Assembly (NCBI GenBank): GCA_050084515.1 | Contig: CM114271.1 | Span: 23,560,001-23,624,000, forward strand | Length of the DNA stretch: 64,000 bases | Source: Blasia pusilla | Taxonomy: Eukaryota | Direction: 5' to 3' | Part shown: positions 62,001-64,000 of the stretch, piece after piece | Layout of the letters: the number at the start of each line of letters is the position of its first letter | Position numbering within the stretch: the stretch's first letter is position 1 | Notes under the pieces: generated by a model | What the model saw: only the letters and a program-made list of their open reading frames with translations | What the model was told of the DNA's origin: nothing | Databases searched by the model: none | Program-made: the position numbers and the translations under genes

Positions 62001-64000
62001 TGCTTCGTATGGTCATGGATGGATCCATGGATAGCAGGATGGTCCTACGCCAGCTCACCCGGGATTCCACTCCTGAACTGGGTCGAAAGCATCAGGACCG
62101 GCCTGCAACAGAACGACCGGGAAACCGGCCGAGATTCTACCGGCACGGTCGCGCAATCCACCGACCGGCGTAACGTCAACCTCCGTAGCTAGTCACGGCA
62201 CCCGCGAGCCGACTGATGGTGGACTCGGATGCCCTAAAGAACGCACCCGGCAGGCGGCCGTCCAGCCAGGTGGCGCTGCGGCCGCCGAGCCGCCGGGCGC
62301 CGCAAAAGTATCGCGTCCGACTTGTTTTGAACAGTTCGGGTCCCGGCTGCTCTCTTTCTTTCTGTTCGGGTGGCCATGCAAACGGCAAGAATCGCTAGCT
62401 TCTCCGTCACCCTCCTATCCATACTAGTATTCGTAAATCCTACCACGATACCTTACTTTCCTCTCGGCGGAGAAGCGTAGCCTAACGCCGTAGAGCATAT
62501 CCTCTCGGCACCCGTGTCGGGATTATGTCGCCGAGAAGTGGCTCTCTTCCCGGCATAGTGGCCTTCTCCTGTGCGAGTAGGTATCTGAAAGAACCTTCCG
62601 ATTGTCCATATCCCGAACCGGGTTATAGAGGGTCGGAATGAGTTTCGGGAGGGGCCACATTGCTTTTAATGCGAGGCACGCCCCTTTGTTTCGCGATAAG
62701 TGTGCACGATGGGACGCTCCACCGGAGAGGCTCCGCAACAGCGCCAGCAATTTTATAAATCATAAACTGAACAACGCCCTGGCCCACCGGATTAGCGGGT
62801 CATTTCTAATCCGTGATGAGATAAAAAATAAATATAAGTAATTCAGTTACTCGTGATGGACCCCGGGGCATAATGGGAGACGGGTACTTCGGATGGCACA
62901 TTGGGATTGTCACCTCTCAATTCAGCCATTGAGATTACCGTAGACACTGAGCCCGGTCAGGGCAGCGCAGCGCAGCGCAGGGCAGGGCAGCGACATGGAA
63001 ATATAATTGCCCGAGTAAATAAAATACGGTAAGTGATGGTCATATTTTCTAACATCCACTCCGCCGCATAATAGTCTAGGATCGTCGCTTCCACGCCACT
63101 CCATCACACTCGTGTACCAACTTGTGTGGCTACGCTCGTCCCCTGCGCTGCTATTAACGTTCCCTCGTCTTCTTTCTCTCTCTCTCTCTCTGAAAAAAGA
63201 AACGAACTGCCCTCCCACGTTTCTTACTACCTTCGCCGTCGCCACTCGCCAGCCCTCCAGCCAGTACCTGCGAGAACGAGAGAAACAGTCGTCTCATCCC
63301 ACTTTTGGCACACCCTCTAGCTAGTCTATTAACTGCATTATGAGATGGGGGTGCCTCGTCTCGCGTTGTGTCTTGCGTCGAACCCGTCGCAGACCCGACC
63401 GAGGCGCCCCAGGCGGGCACGCAGGCGAGGGAAGCCTCGGCCCTGCCTTCTTTATTAGCAATTGTACCCTACCTACCACAAGCCGGTCAGAAGCATCTCT
63501 CTGGTCTCGTTATGCAATCCGCATATGTCTCTGTTATCTTTACGCTCGCTCTTGAATGTGGACACACATGCAAGGAGGCTCGTTGGCTTATCGTCCTTGT
63601 ACTTGCCTGCGGTGCGACGCAGCATGACCCTTTCGCTCCCTCCCTCGCTTCCGCGTCTGTCAACAAAGCCATTCCCGCCAAACTTAGTCCCTCTCAGTAT
63701 ACCACTGACCACCGACTTCTGTTACAAAGCCGCCCTTGGGTCGGTTCGGCGTTTGACGCTTCTCCACGGCTGCATGGATCCACACTACCCTGGGGGAGCG
63801 GCTTCGCCTGCTTTTGGTGACACAACCGGTACGACCCGCGCTCGAGCTTGTCGAGACAGCCGTTCCGTCAGGGCATCCGCAACTTTAACGGAGAAAGGGA
63901 GAAGTACACCACCATCTCCTGAAATTCCCATCCATCTTTCATCCGACCACCATAATCTCCTTCGACGTACGCTCAGCCGACACGGTCCTCCACAGTAGCC

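Noticed and set aside
59200-64000. Many 60-180 aa ORFs and possible conserved miRNA hairpins upstream of AGO1
   Set aside because: No protein motifs, and no match by eye to conserved plant miRNAs; most likely UTR/promoter sequence.

Overview
Eukaryotic nuclear DNA, most likely a non-seed land plant (inferred from AGO1/SPC3 style and the TE families). There are two intact spliced host genes, both on the minus strand: signal peptidase complex subunit 3 (21445-23476) and an AGO1-clade Argonaute (52203-59086). The rest is mostly nested, decaying transposons: a Helitron, a Copia, a chromovirus Gypsy with GCATA target-site duplication (TSD), and a CRE-like RLE LINE. The most striking feature is a Ty3/Gypsy-type family present as two long copies (1-10274, 41909-49363), two gag remnants and three ~620-bp terminal units. 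Its Pol carries an in-frame DNMT3-like cytosine methyltransferase between protease and RT, and a PHD finger after the integrase. Its termini do not look like normal paired LTRs: they fit a split-direct-repeat layout (A-ORFs-B-A-B) with TGTCAC...GACA ends and 4-bp TSDs. Separately, AGO1 has a tandemly duplicated 63-nt PIWI exon that looks mutually exclusively spliced. All alignments and counts were made by eye; no database searches were run.
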